Positions 1 to 10,125 of a stretch of DNA of 64,000 nt are shown here, in pieces. The stretch lies in contig CAWDTA010000005.1 in NCBI GenBank assembly GCA_963805085.1, positions 64,001-128,000 on the forward strand, written 5' to 3'. Position 1 is the stretch's first letter. The number at the start of each line of letters is the position of its first letter. A program made the position numbers and the translations under genes. The DNA is from an uncultured Veillonellaceae bacterium (lineage in GTDB: Bacteria; Bacillota; Negativicutes; JARBTT01). Under the pieces are notes generated by a model. The model searched no databases and was not told where the DNA came from. It worked only from the letters and a program-made list of their open reading frames with translations.

Positions 1-2
1 TA

Positions 3-635
3 ACAATAGGAGCAATTGATGCAGTGAAGATGACAGAGCAAATTGATGGAATTATAAAAAAAATGAATGTTTTGGCTATCATTGGTTCAATTGATGAAAG
101 GTATCATGATATTCCTTTCATTTCAGCAGTAGATGTGATAAGGAATGGATCTGAAAATCTAGTTAAGGTAGTTCGTAAGCAATATGAAGAAAGACAGCAA
201 TATATTGCTAATGGTTTTTATGAGATTTTTAATACGGATCTCATAGAAATCAATAAAGAGGTAAAGAGTAAAAATGAGGCATTAACTTTATTAACAGATA
301 GACTTGTTAATAAAAAATATGTAACGAATTATTTTATCAAAGGCGTTATGACGAGAGAAAAATTAGGGACAACCTTAATTAATGATTGTTTGGCAATACC
401 GCATGGATATGGAGAAGATATTATCAAATCGGCAGTCGGAATTTTGGTCTTGAAAAAACCAATTGAATGGTTTGAGGGGAAAATGATTTCTTTAATATTT
501 ATGTTAGCTCTGAATGAAAAATCAAAGAATGAGTTTCAGCGGATATATAGGATTGTAAATAATTCAGATCTTATTGCACAAATAAAAACTGCCGATAATA
601 AAGAAGTTATTTTAAATATTTTGAAGAATGGGTAG
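3..635 (+). CDS. C-terminal part of PRD/PTS-regulated transcriptional regulator (EIIB-like plus EIIA domain), 5' end outside window
   Basis: Frame open from position 3; EIIA motif REKLGTT...LAIPHG preceded by EIIB-like segment LAIIGSID..DIPFIS. Confidence 0.8.
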   Translation, partial: TIGAIDAVKMTEQIDGIIKKMNVLAIIGSIDERYHDIPFISAVDVIRNGSENLVKVVRKQYEERQQYIANGFYEIFNTDLIEINKEVKSKNEALTLLTDRLVNKKYVTNYFIKGVMTREKLGTTLINDCLAIPHGYGEDIIKSAVGILVLKKPIEWFEGKMISLIFMLALNEKSKNEFQRIYRIVNNSDLIAQIKTADNKEVILNILKNG

Positions 636-691
636 GCTAAATAATCTTGTGTGAACTTCAAGTGGCATAAAAAGAGCAAATAAATTTTAAG

Positions 692-772
692 GGGCAAAAC
701 AAATTTACCACTAAGAAAGTTGGCAGAGATCACGGTCATTAACAAGGATAAGATAAATAAAATAACAAAATA
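692..772 (+). pseudogene. Possible remnant of the C-terminal HTH of a REP-associated tyrosine transposase
   Basis: Translates GKTNLPLRKLAEITVINKDKINKITK*, immediately followed by a GGGGACGTTTCTTTTGCC REP-like sequence. Confidence 0.3.
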
Positions 773-784
773 AGACAGAAAAAG

Positions 785-836
785 TGACGGGAGGGGACGT
801 TTCTTTTGCCAATAAGGCGATGCAATTGAACCAAGA
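785..836. repeat. Degenerate ~52-bp REP-like element, copy 1 (copy 2 at ~4775-4827)
   Basis: gtgacgggaggggacgtttcttttgccaataaggcgatgcaattgaaccaaga aligns with gttacaggaaggacacttctttcttgcaataaggcaatgtacttgatgcaaga. Confidence 0.5.
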
Positions 837-880
837 GTCGACAAAGTATGTAATGGTGATTGACCGAAAATACAACTAGA

Positions 881-918
881 AGGGGCTGTCGCACTAAAAA
901 ATTAGTGTGGCAGCCCCA
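881..918. terminator. Hairpin/terminator
   Basis: GGGGCTGTCGCACTAA-aaaa-TTAGTGTGGCAGCCCC inverted repeat. Confidence 0.6.
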
Positions 919-1144
919 TAATAATATACTAGAAGACTATCACTAGAAGAGTAAATTCAAATCACAATTAATAAATAGGTACAACAAAAGAACTGTCAAA
1001 ATTAACAGCTTTTTTCCTATTCAATTAATGATTTTATTACCTCTCCACGTTCCACTTATGTTATTTGATTACCTAGCATCAAGTGCGCCGGATAGCATTC
1101 CACCTTTGAAAATCATATTGTTATATGCAAATACTATCACCGTT

Positions 1145-1208
1145 AAAACGCTACTGTCAAATTTTTCTATCTGTATTAGTGGATAGAAAAATTTGACAGT
1201 AGCGTTTT
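1145..1208. terminator. Perfect 27-bp inverted repeat, probable bidirectional terminator
   Basis: AAAACGCTACTGTCAAATTTTTCTATC-10nt-GATAGAAAAATTTGACAGTAGCGTTTT. Confidence 0.75.
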
Positions 1209-1403
1209 GTATGAATTTGGCAGAAGTTTTGAGCTTTTATAAGAATAGGGAACTTTAATATCAAAGAAGTTAAGAAAGTGTGGATTTTATCATATAATTT
1301 CTACAGGAATGGTGCCTATTTTACTAGTATTTAATTTGCAATTTATGGATAATATAACATGCGTGATACTTTGTAGAATTTTTAGTATACAAGGAGTATT
1401 CTT

Positions 1404-1652
1404 ATGTCTAATATAAAGATAGGAATAGTTGGCCTAGGAAATCTATGTCAGAAGGTAATATCTACTGTATCTTTCACAAGGGAAAAATTGGTCTTTTACT
1501 GGTGCTTATTCTCCTAATGAACATAAAAGAAAAAAGATGTGCGATTGGTATAGAATTAATGAATTTTCAAATTTGCCTAAATTACTTGAAAATTGTGATG
1601 CTATTTTTGTTATTACGAAGATTATGAAAACAGGACTAGAAAGTCCTCTCAC
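1404..1652 (+). pseudogene. Internally deleted, frameshifted duplicate of the Gfo/Idh/MocA gene at 4908-5837
   Basis: Near-identical upstream region and 5' end (MSNIKIGIVGLG), +1 frameshift near 1457, then a jump at ~1611 to the last ~45 nt of the intact gene. Confidence 0.9.
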
Positions 1653-1748
1653 CGAAAGCTCTCATTAGTAGAGTAAGCCTTCAAATTAGTAGGAGGAGAC
1701 GTTACTGTTTTTGCAACATCTGATAAATTTTTTAGAGGAGGCTTTTTT

Positions 1749-2960
1749 ATGTCTGTATCACCGCACCAATATCCCACTAGGTTTTGGATCATAAGGGGAT
1801 TTATTATTGCATTAATTTCTGTTGTAGGTATTATCCATTTTTATAATAACCAACCCAAAATTGAAGTCAAACCAACATCTCTCGCCATTACTTTACCAGG
1901 GGAATTTTCTGTTACTTTTCCGACGCAAGGGGAATCCGCTGTTGGCACGGATAATTTTGGGGTGATTGCTTCTTCCAACGATCAAAGTTCTGTTCCTATT
2001 GCCAGTGTAACGAAAGTTATGACGGCTTATTTGATTTTAAAGGCGCACCCTTTGCAAGCTGGTCAAGATGGACCTACCTTAACTATGACAGCACAAGATG
2101 TTTCCGACTATCTTAATGATGAAGCGCAGAATTACTCTGTTTTACAGGTTGGAGAAGGAGAAAAATTAACCGAAAAGCAGCTTTTAGAGGCTTTGATGTT
2201 GCCATCAGCAGATAATATTGCGAGCATCTTAGCCCGGTGGGATTCAGGCTCAGAAAGTGCTTTTGTAGAAAAAATGAATAAATCGGCACAATCCCTAGGT
2301 ATGGCGCAGACTCATTATGCGGATGCAAGTGGTATAAATTCGGCAACCGTAAGTAGCGCAGCAGACCAAATCAAAATTGCCCAAACTGCCATGGAAGACC
2401 CGATTTTCCGAGAAATCGTCGCTATGCCGCAAGCTACCTTCACTGTTGCTGGTACCGTGCATAATGTGAACAGGTTGCTGGGAACGCGTAGTATTGTGGG
2501 GATTAAGACAGGTTCTACAAAGGCCGCCGGCGGTTGTTTTGTCTCGGCTAGCCTCATAAATGTTGGAGCAGAAACACATTATATCATTGGCGTAGTACTG
2601 GGACAAAAAACTCTACAGAATGCTTTAAATGCGAATGCAAAAATGTTAGACGAGGTTCGCTCTGAGTTTAAATTATATCCTGTGACAACCCCGCAAAACG
2701 GTTTTGGACAGGTAATCAATGCGTGGCACAGCAACAGTTCCTTATATTCTACCGAACCTGTACAAATTTTTGGCTATCCTGGAATGACGGCTTCTGTTTC
2801 TATCAGCTTGTCGCAGACGCAATTACCGATTCGGAGCGATGAAAATATAGCTACATTAAAAATCCAGTCAGGCCAGTCTATTCAGGAATTCCCGCTGCGA
2901 AATTCTGAACAAATTAATCCGCCCAATATAGTATGGCGATTGTTTCGAAACTGGATATAA
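1749..2960 (+). CDS. D-alanyl-D-alanine carboxypeptidase (peptidase S11)
   Basis: SxxK (IASVTK), SxN (PSADN) and KTG (GIKTGST) motifs; N-terminal TM anchor. Confidence 0.9.
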   Translation: MSVSPHQYPTRFWIIRGFIIALISVVGIIHFYNNQPKIEVKPTSLAITLPGEFSVTFPTQGESAVGTDNFGVIASSNDQSSVPIASVTKVMTAYLILKAHPLQAGQDGPTLTMTAQDVSDYLNDEAQNYSVLQVGEGEKLTEKQLLEALMLPSADNIASILARWDSGSESAFVEKMNKSAQSLGMAQTHYADASGINSATVSSAADQIKIAQTAMEDPIFREIVAMPQATFTVAGTVHNVNRLLGTRSIVGIKTGSTKAAGGCFVSASLINVGAETHYIIGVVLGQKTLQNALNANAKMLDEVRSEFKLYPVTTPQNGFGQVINAWHSNSSLYSTEPVQIFGYPGMTASVSISLSQTQLPIRSDENIATLKIQSGQSIQEFPLRNSEQINPPNIVWRLFRNWI

Positions 2961-3109
2961 TGACCTAGATATATTTAATAGCATGTGAGGCTATTAAGAT
3001 TTTATGGCAAGATGTAATATATAGATTATAAATAGTAAAAGGTAAACTCCTGATGAATATTGTATGAATTTGGCATAATTTTTATGGATTTAGAAGAATT
3101 ATTATCCAT

Positions 3110-3358
3110 AATGTATTTACGGAAAAGGCTTAGAAGAAGACGAAGCTGAAATAGTAGCTAATAAGGGGCATATCGTCAATACATGGAAGAAGAGAGAAAA
3201 ACACAATTTCAGGAAAGCTACGATAAGCCATTGATGCCAATACCTCGTTTTTTGAAAACGTTTGTAATAAAAATCTTTTCATTTGTGCTGTCGATGATAT
3301 TTGGACGTTTTATAAATATTGAGCGTTTAATGAAATGTGATGAAAAAAGAGTGCAGTA
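3110..3358 (+). pseudogene. Gene remnant of unknown family
   Basis: Coding-like fragments in two frames (CIYGKGLEEDEAEIVANKG / YRQYMEEERKTQFQESYDKPLMPIPRFLK...), no clear start. Confidence 0.35.
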
Positions 3359-3610
3359 GCATACTCTTGCAATGAAAAGATTAGAAAGTATATTTACAAA
3401 AGCATACTTAATGAATCAAATAGCGTAATTTTATTTTAAGCATCTTTCGAGGTGCTTTTTTCATATAGCAAGATCGGGGAGCTAGAATTTTGCAAAGAAA
3501 TAATACTTTTAAGATATTTTTCTCATATTTCAAAAAAGAAGGAAATTTATAGATTTTATTGAAATGATTTGTTTATATAGTAAAAAAGAAGACTGGTGGG
3601 ATTTTGTAGA

Positions 3611-3936
3611 ATGATATTTGTAAGTAAAGGACGTGGGCACTTTGTTCCAGTTATAATATTTTTAGTATGTTTGGGAACAAATAGTTATTTGATCTAGTGT
3701 TTTATAAAGGATATTACTCGACGCATAAGTGGGCAATCGCATGTGCGTTATTTATTTCAGGAGCTTTCCTTTTATTATTAGGAAAATATTTAGTAAGAGA
3801 TAAAGTTAGGATACTAATTGATCCAAAGACAGGGGAAGAAGTACGATTGGAAGACAAACATAGTTTCTTTTGGATTAGAGTAACTAGATGGGCTCCTATA
3901 TTATGGACTTTGGGGGTGTGGTGTCTAATATCTTAG
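3611..3936 (+). pseudogene. Frameshifted small membrane protein
   Basis: ATG 3611 gives MIFVSKGRGHFVPVIIFLVCLG; reading continues in another frame into the 3697-3936 ORF (...IDPKTGEEVRLEDKHSFFWI). Confidence 0.6.
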
Positions 3937-3996
3937 CATTTATATGAAGTTGTAAGATACTAGATTTATATCCTAAAGAAAAAAATAGAGAGATGG

Positions 3997-4740
3997 GTGA
4001 ATGGATTGAAAAATATTATTGCACTTCCATTAGAGTTTAAACGTGAACAAATTAAACTAACGATTTTTCCAACGATTTTACGGGATGAAAATAATTTGGT
4101 TTTGGTTGATTGTGGGTATCATGGTTTTTTAGGACAAATTGAAGAAGCGATGAAACAAGTTGGAGTATCAATTAAAGATCTAACTAAAATCATCATTACG
4201 CATCATGATCACGACCATATAGGGGCTTTAAAAGAAATCGTAAGTCTTTATCCAGAGGTTGAAGTGCTTTGTTCAGAAAAACAAGCTCCTTTTATAACTG
4301 GACAAGAGAAATCTTTGCGTCTTGCGCAGTTAGAAGAAAATCATAAAGTATTAAATGGGACTGAAAGAGTACAAAACCAAAAATTTATGAATATGATTTT
4401 ATCTGTACAGCATGTAACTAAAGTAACAACGGTAAAAGATGGCGAGATTCTTCCGATATGTGGTGGTGTTCAAGTAGTTGATACAAGTGGGCACATGCCA
4501 GGACATATTTCTTTATATATACCAAGTGAAAAGACTTTGATTTCAGGGGATGCGCTTGGGGTACAAAATGGCGATCTATGTATTGCGAATCCGCAATTTG
4601 TATTGGATATGAAGAAAGCTGTGAAAGCGATCGAAAAAATTTCGCATTATGATATTGAAAAAGTTATATGCTATCATGGTGGTGAGTATGATAAGGATGT
4701 TAAAGCCAAGTTCAAGCAAATTTTAAATACTCCATATTAA
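3997..4740 (+). CDS. MBL-fold metallo-hydrolase
   Basis: THHDHDHIG, GHMPGH, GD and CYHGG motifs. Confidence 0.9.
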   Translation: MNGLKNIIALPLEFKREQIKLTIFPTILRDENNLVLVDCGYHGFLGQIEEAMKQVGVSIKDLTKIIITHHDHDHIGALKEIVSLYPEVEVLCSEKQAPFITGQEKSLRLAQLEENHKVLNGTERVQNQKFMNMILSVQHVTKVTTVKDGEILPICGGVQVVDTSGHMPGHISLYIPSEKTLISGDALGVQNGDLCIANPQFVLDMKKAVKAIEKISHYDIEKVICYHGGEYDKDVKAKFKQILNTPY

Positions 4741-4907
4741 AGTTAGAAGGAGCATTCTAGCAAAATGGTATTATGTTACAGGAAGGACACTTCTTTCTTG
4801 CAATAAGGCAATGTACTTGATGCAAGAAAATTTATTTTATTTCTAATTCATGGATAATAAACATGTGTGATATTTGTGGAAATTTTTCATATACAAGGAG
4901 TGTTTCT

Positions 4908-5837
4908 ATGTCTAATGTAAAAATAGGAATAGTTGGCTTAGGAAGTCTATGTCAGAAAGTATATCTACCGTATCTTTCACAAGAAAAGAATTGGTCTTTT
5001 ACTGGTGCTTATTCTCCTAATGAACACAAAAGAAAAAAGATTTGCAATTGGTATAGAATTAATGAATTTTCAAGTTTGCCTAATTTACTTGAAAATTGTG
5101 ATGCTATTTTTGTTAATAGTTCAACAACCTCTCATTTTGAAATCGTAGCTGAAGCTCTAAAAAAAGGTAAAGACGTATATGTTGATAAACCTCTTGCTTC
5201 ATCTTTGAATGAAGCTGAACAATTAGTTGAATTAAGTATAAAAAATAACCGAAAGTTAATGGTCGGATTTAATCGTAGATTTGCACCTATGTATATACGT
5301 GCTAAAAACAATGTACATACGGCATCTTTAATTCGAATTGAAAAATATAGAAGTAATTCTATTAGACATGAAAATTTTCAAACTACACTATTGGATGATT
5401 ATATTCATTTAGTCGATACTGCTAGATGGTTAGCGGAACCTAATAATGCTGTTAATGGCTCTATTAAAGTTAATGATAATAAAGAATTAATTTTTGCTGA
5501 ACACAGTTATAAATCAAAAAATAATAGTAGTATATTCCTTGATATGCACAGAAAGTCTGGAACAAATTTAGAGCGTTTGGAAGTTATAGCTGAGGATTCT
5601 ATTGTAAGAGTAAAAAATATGAACAGTATTGAAATTGAAAAAAATGCAAAAATAGAACAGGAAGTATCTCCTCCATGGGAGACAATAATAAAAACCAAAG
5701 GATTTGAAGATGCAATACTTCATTTTATCGAATCAATCCTAGGTAATACAAATCCTTTAATAGATGGTATCGAAGGACTAAAAACGCAACAACTTATTAC
5801 GAAGATGATGAAGATAGGACTAGAAATTCCTCAGTAA
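4908..5837 (+). CDS. Gfo/Idh/MocA family oxidoreductase (MviM/YceM-like)
   Basis: GIVGLG Rossmann motif, VYVDKPLA, MVGFNRRFAP, LLDDYIHLVD; AGGAG RBS before ATG 4908. Confidence 0.9.
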   Translation: MSNVKIGIVGLGSLCQKVYLPYLSQEKNWSFTGAYSPNEHKRKKICNWYRINEFSSLPNLLENCDAIFVNSSTTSHFEIVAEALKKGKDVYVDKPLASSLNEAEQLVELSIKNNRKLMVGFNRRFAPMYIRAKNNVHTASLIRIEKYRSNSIRHENFQTTLLDDYIHLVDTARWLAEPNNAVNGSIKVNDNKELIFAEHSYKSKNNSSIFLDMHRKSGTNLERLEVIAEDSIVRVKNMNSIEIEKNAKIEQEVSPPWETIIKTKGFEDAILHFIESILGNTNPLIDGIEGLKTQQLITKMMKIGLEIPQ

Positions 5838-5869
5838 GCTCTAGTTCCATTGGAAATATTTCGTACAAT

Positions 5870-6308
5870 AATGCAGGAGTATTATGGACATATATAATTG
5901 GCTTTAGATTGAGACAAAGAGCGGTGAAAAGATGTCTATAATATGATAGCGGCTGTGCTAAGTTCTTATTTTTCTACTTCAGCCTTTGCACAAAGAAGAG
6001 GTACAAAATTTTGGATTCCAGTTGTATGATTAGGGCTTTTTATCTACTGTATCATGTTAGCTAATTTGTTTTCAGTCGGACAACTTTTTTGGATTCAGAT
6101 TGTTGCAGGGCTGTCAACAGGAATTTTGTTTTCTTATTGTACGGCAGAAGCTATGCGAGATGTTTCGCCGCAAAAAAAATCGACGGCTATGGGGTATCAC
6201 CAGGCCATTTATGCAGAGGGAGCGGTAGCTTTTCTAGGCTTTATTATGGCGGCATGTTTTTATTTTTTTGCTGGTAACTTGGAGTGTAAAATGAAGTGCG
6301 ACAACTAA
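5870..6308 (+). pseudogene. Fragmented MFS transporter
   Basis: MFS C-terminal motif (AMRDVSPQKKSTAMGYHQAIYA) with an upstream in-frame stop and missing helices. Confidence 0.6.
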
Positions 6309-6549
6309 TAAAAATAAAGCTCACAGAGAATCCATGATTGCTACACCTTACTACCTGCCATTCTTATCTTAAATAGAGGATATGAAAAATGACATTTGAA
6401 TTGTATGCGCTACTAGGTACAGAGTACTTGGTAGCGTATTTTTTATGAAGACCGTAGTTTATTGTTTGTTATTTAGAAGATACACTTGGAACAAGATGTG
6501 GTAAAATATGTTTAGAGAAATAAGAACGTTAGATTAAGAAGCAGGTGAA

Positions 6550-8085
6550 ATGATGAGATGTAAAAAGATCCTAATGAGTATAGTAATGGCATGGATGATT
6601 ATTACTGAGGGAATAGTTCCTGCATATGCGGCTGAAATAAAGGAAGTTATTATTCTTTCAGTCAATGATTTTCATGGTAATTTGCTAGAAAATGACCACG
6701 CACCGGGATTGGCAAAATTGGCAGGTGCGTTGAGAGATGAGCAGAAGCAAGCGCCAGATGAAACGATTTTACTCAGTGCTGGAGATATGTTTCAAGGAGA
6801 AATGGAATCGAATATCACTTTAGGCGCACCGGTTATTGTTGGTATGAATGGCTTGGAGTTTGCTGCGATGTGTCTTGGTAATCATGAATTTGATTGGGGG
6901 CTGGAAACGCTAAAAAATCGTTCTAAAGAAGCATATTTCCCATTTTTGGCGGCAAATATTGTTGATGTAAAAGGTGCATATTTACAAAATATCAAACCGT
7001 ATACCATCGTGAAACGCAATGGGATTAAGGTAGGTATTATCGGTTTAACGACACCCCAAACAAAAGTCGCAGTCAACCCGAAATATATCGAAGGTCTAAC
7101 TTTTCTGGATGGCGCACAGACGGTAAATAAACTTGTGCCTGAGTTGAAAGCAAAAGGGGCAGAGGTTATTATTGTTTTGGCGCATATGGGGTCAGAGGTG
7201 TCTGCCGATGGGACAGAAAAAGGAGAAATCATCGAGCTGGCGAAACAAGTGACAGGCGTTGACTTAATCGTGAGTGGGCATACACATCGCGTTGTGAATA
7301 CAAAAATGAATGGAATTCCGATTGTGCAAGCTGGAAAGTATGGCAATGCCTATAGCAAAGTAAAAATAGAGTATGATAAAAAAGCGCAGAAAGTAATCGC
7401 TGTTACGCCAGAAGTCGTCAATATTGCGAAAGAAAAAGTAGCAGCCGATATGGAGTTTGCCAATTATGTAGGATATATTGATACAAAGGTAAGCTATTTG
7501 AAAAATGAAAAAGTTGGCGAGACTGCAGTAAAGTTGTGGCATAATCGCTATGGTGAATCATTACTTGGACAATGGGTTACAGATGTTATGCGTCGAGTCG
7601 AACAGGCAGATATTGCTGTGATGAATGGCGGCGGGGTACGCAACGATATAGCAAAAGGTATTGTAACAAAGGGTAACTTATATGCAACGGTTCCATTTGA
7701 TAATACATTAGTAAAAGCAAGGCTTACGGGGCGTGAAATTAAGGATTTATTGGAATATGGCCTGGGAAATAACGCCCATGGACTCTTGCAATTTTCGGGA
7801 GTATCCGTCATTTTTGATGATAATCAGACAGATGGCAATAAGGTGACGCAAATTCTGTTGCCAGATGGAAGCCCAATTGATTTTGATGCGGAATATACTG
7901 TAGCGGCCACTGATTTTATTGCGGCGGGTGGAGATGGCATCACTGCCTTTAAAAATAAAAAAATCATTGAAGAGGGTAAGTTACTGCGCGATGCTTTGCA
8001 AGAAAGCTTTGTCGTGGATAAACAGCTCAATATAACTTTGGATAAGAGATTGATCATTTTACAAGCAAATCTTTTGGCTGGATAA
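6550..8085 (+). CDS. Secreted 5'-nucleotidase / bifunctional metallophosphoesterase
   Basis: Signal peptide; NDFHG, AGDMFQG, GNHEFD, SGHTH, NGGGVR motifs. Confidence 0.9.
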   Translation: MMRCKKILMSIVMAWMIITEGIVPAYAAEIKEVIILSVNDFHGNLLENDHAPGLAKLAGALRDEQKQAPDETILLSAGDMFQGEMESNITLGAPVIVGMNGLEFAAMCLGNHEFDWGLETLKNRSKEAYFPFLAANIVDVKGAYLQNIKPYTIVKRNGIKVGIIGLTTPQTKVAVNPKYIEGLTFLDGAQTVNKLVPELKAKGAEVIIVLAHMGSEVSADGTEKGEIIELAKQVTGVDLIVSGHTHRVVNTKMNGIPIVQAGKYGNAYSKVKIEYDKKAQKVIAVTPEVVNIAKEKVAADMEFANYVGYIDTKVSYLKNEKVGETAVKLWHNRYGESLLGQWVTDVMRRVEQADIAVMNGGGVRNDIAKGIVTKGNLYATVPFDNTLVKARLTGREIKDLLEYGLGNNAHGLLQFSGVSVIFDDNQTDGNKVTQILLPDGSPIDFDAEYTVAATDFIAAGGDGITAFKNKKIIEEGKLLRDALQESFVVDKQLNITLDKRLIILQANLLAG

Positions 8086-8202
8086 CATAAAGAGAGAGAA
8101 AGAATAAATGTCTAGATTTTTTTTTTGAAGATGTATTTTCAGCAAAAATAATGTTTAAACTATATGCCTAATAATAAATCACGTACGAAAGTGGGGATAT
8201 TA

Positions 8203-8583
8203 GTGATTAATCTACAGAGCATGCATCATATTGCAGTCATTGTGTCTGATTATGAGAAGTCAAAGCATTTTTATGTTGATTTATTGGGTTTTAAAATCGT
8301 GCGGGAGAATTATCGTCCACAGCGTGAGGATTATAAATTGGATTTAAAATTTGGCGATAGTGAATTGGAGATTTTCGGCATAAAAAATGCACCGAAACGT
8401 CCAAGTCCGGAAGCGTGCGGGCTCAGACATTTGGCTTTTAAAGTCGATTGTATTGAAGATGTTATTCGTGAACTCAATGACAAGGGAATCGAAACAGAGC
8501 CAGTACGATTTGACGAATTTACAGAGAGAAAGATGACGTTTTTTAAAGATCCAGATGGGTTGCCACTGGAACTGCATGAATAG
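8203..8583 (+). CDS. VOC/glyoxalase family protein (YaeR/GloA2-like)
   Basis: HHIAVIVSDYEKSKHFY, GLRHLAF, FFKDPDGLPLELHE; GTG start after GGGG RBS preferred over 8164. Confidence 0.9.
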   Translation: MINLQSMHHIAVIVSDYEKSKHFYVDLLGFKIVRENYRPQREDYKLDLKFGDSELEIFGIKNAPKRPSPEACGLRHLAFKVDCIEDVIRELNDKGIETEPVRFDEFTERKMTFFKDPDGLPLELHE

Positions 8584-8689
8584 ATAAAAAATTTGCAAGA
8601 GGCATATGTTTTCTATGGTACCTTTATTGCAATTGATGCTCTGCTAGAAGCTATTGACAGTATAATTTGCATGATATAAGATAAGAATA

Positions 8690-8782
8690 TAAAAAGGTGC
8701 TACCGATAGACGGTCAGCCCCGTTATAAGTAGTTAAAAGTTTAACCGCCTAGTTTGCGAGACAGGGGCGGTTTACTTTTTTT
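8690..8782 (+). ncRNA. Putative type I antitoxin RNA
   Basis: Promoter-like TTGACA/TTGCAT upstream; ends in terminator aaccgcct...ggcggtttacttttttt overlapping the stop codon of the convergent toxin ORF. Confidence 0.55.
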
Positions 8783-8837
8783 GTAAAAGTACCACGAGAA
8801 TAATAAAAAGCAACAAAGTTGCATTCGTCTCATTCAT
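8772..8837 (-). CDS. Putative type I toxin peptide MNETNATLLLFIILVVLLQKK (21 aa, not in ORF track)
   Basis: GGGGGTGA RBS, single hydrophobic helix with basic C-terminus, extended -10 TGTTATAAT at ~8900-8909. Confidence 0.7.
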   Translation of the reverse strand: MNETNATLLLFIILVVLLQKK

Positions 8838-9086
8838 GGGCATCACCCCCTTTTGGGGGCAAAATTGACCGCCTACCGTTATGGTAACACCTATTATGCA
8901 TTATAACATAAATTATGGAAGTATGTATATTCGCCGTTTATCGTTGATGATAAGCGGTTTTTCTTTTGTACTTTTAAGGAAAGTGTATATTTAAGATTTT
9001 TAAATTTTGGAAATATTTAAAGAAAATTTAAAGTTGTATTATTTGAAACTCTCGGGGATGATATAAATAAATTTAGGAGAGGAGAG

Positions 9087-9800
9087 TTGAAAATGTCCAA
9101 TTTTTCAAAAGATCAATTAAAAATATTCGAGAAAAAACTTATGGATGAGAAGAAACAGCTTTTAGAGACTGTTTCGCGTATAGAGGAAACAGGATTAAGT
9201 GATGCAATGTCAGATTCAGTATCGGAACTATCGATGTATGACAATCATCCTGCGGATATTGCGGATCAGGTTTTTGAGCGTAGTAAGGATTTAGCACTGA
9301 GAGATAACGAACATATTTTGCTGGAAAAGGTCGAAGCAGCTTTGGACAAGATCAAACAAGGAACTTACGGAGAGTGCAATCATTGTGGTAAATCTATTAA
9401 TATAAAAAGGCTTGAGGCTCTGCCATCGGCTATTTTATGCATGGAATGTCAGGAAGAGTCAGATAAGTTAGACTCAACTTCGCGTCCAGTGGAAGAAGAA
9501 GTCCTAGCACCACCATTTCATCAAAACTTTTTGGATAATGCTGAGTCTAATTCTGCTAGGTTTAATGGAGATGATGTTTTACAAGCAATATTGAAGTATG
9601 GAAGTTCAGATTCTGAGCAAGACCTACTTAGGATAAGCGATGATGATGATGGATGGCCGAGTAGTAATGATGAGCATCTAAATATCATTGATGATTCAGA
9701 TGCTATTCTTGATGATAATTATGACTTTACGGAAGATTTATTTGACAAGAAAAGTAACAAATCATCATGCGAAGACAGGAAAAGTAAGAATGACGATTAA
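9087..9800 (+). CDS. TraR/DksA C4 zinc-finger protein (YteA-like)
   Basis: SELSMYDNHPAD, GTYGECNHCG...LCMEC, RPVEEEVL. Confidence 0.9.
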   Translation: MKMSNFSKDQLKIFEKKLMDEKKQLLETVSRIEETGLSDAMSDSVSELSMYDNHPADIADQVFERSKDLALRDNEHILLEKVEAALDKIKQGTYGECNHCGKSINIKRLEALPSAILCMECQEESDKLDSTSRPVEEEVLAPPFHQNFLDNAESNSARFNGDDVLQAILKYGSSDSEQDLLRISDDDDGWPSSNDEHLNIIDDSDAILDDNYDFTEDLFDKKSNKSSCEDRKSKNDD

Positions 9801-9881
9801 GGTTCTATTTTTTAGCACGAATGATGAGAAGTTCCAGTAAAAATAATAATAATCCAGTTGAATTATAAATTCAGCTGGATT

Positions 9882-10125
9882 CAGCTTGTAGACAAACTAT
9901 GGACAGACAGCCCGCGGGTCGGCGATAAGCACTCATCTGCGTCGTTACAGCAAGATACTGCTCGTCGACGTACGAAAGTACGACTCCTTCAGAGTCTCTT
10001 ACTGTGCCTAGCATCTGAGTACTTCTCACCAACCGGCAGCCTATCTTCGTACTAGTTTATAAGTGGAACGGATTTAGATATTTTCTAAATCATCGATATA
10101 AATGTTTTGTTTTGTCGACATCTTG
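9882..10125. mobile_element. Non-autonomous MITE with IS1182-like ends inserted in a palindromic terminator
   Basis: Imperfect TIRs cagcttgtagacaaa / tttgtcgacatcttg; flanked by identical 31-bp direct repeats 9851-9881 and 10126-10156; long internal GC-rich hairpin. Confidence 0.65.

Noticed and set aside
1208-1235. Sigma54-like TTGGCA...TTG site (also ~3068)
   Set aside because: The invariant -12 GC is missing in both copies
1445-1627. 60-aa ORF
   Set aside because: Out-of-frame product of the mviM-like pseudogene
1655-1710. Possible IS200/IS605 end remnant after the pseudogene
   Set aside because: Similarity is only impressionistic; no tnpA or tnpB sequence nearby
9858-10055. 65-aa ORF inside the MITE
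   Set aside because: No RBS, starts in the target duplication and spans a hairpin; not transposase-like
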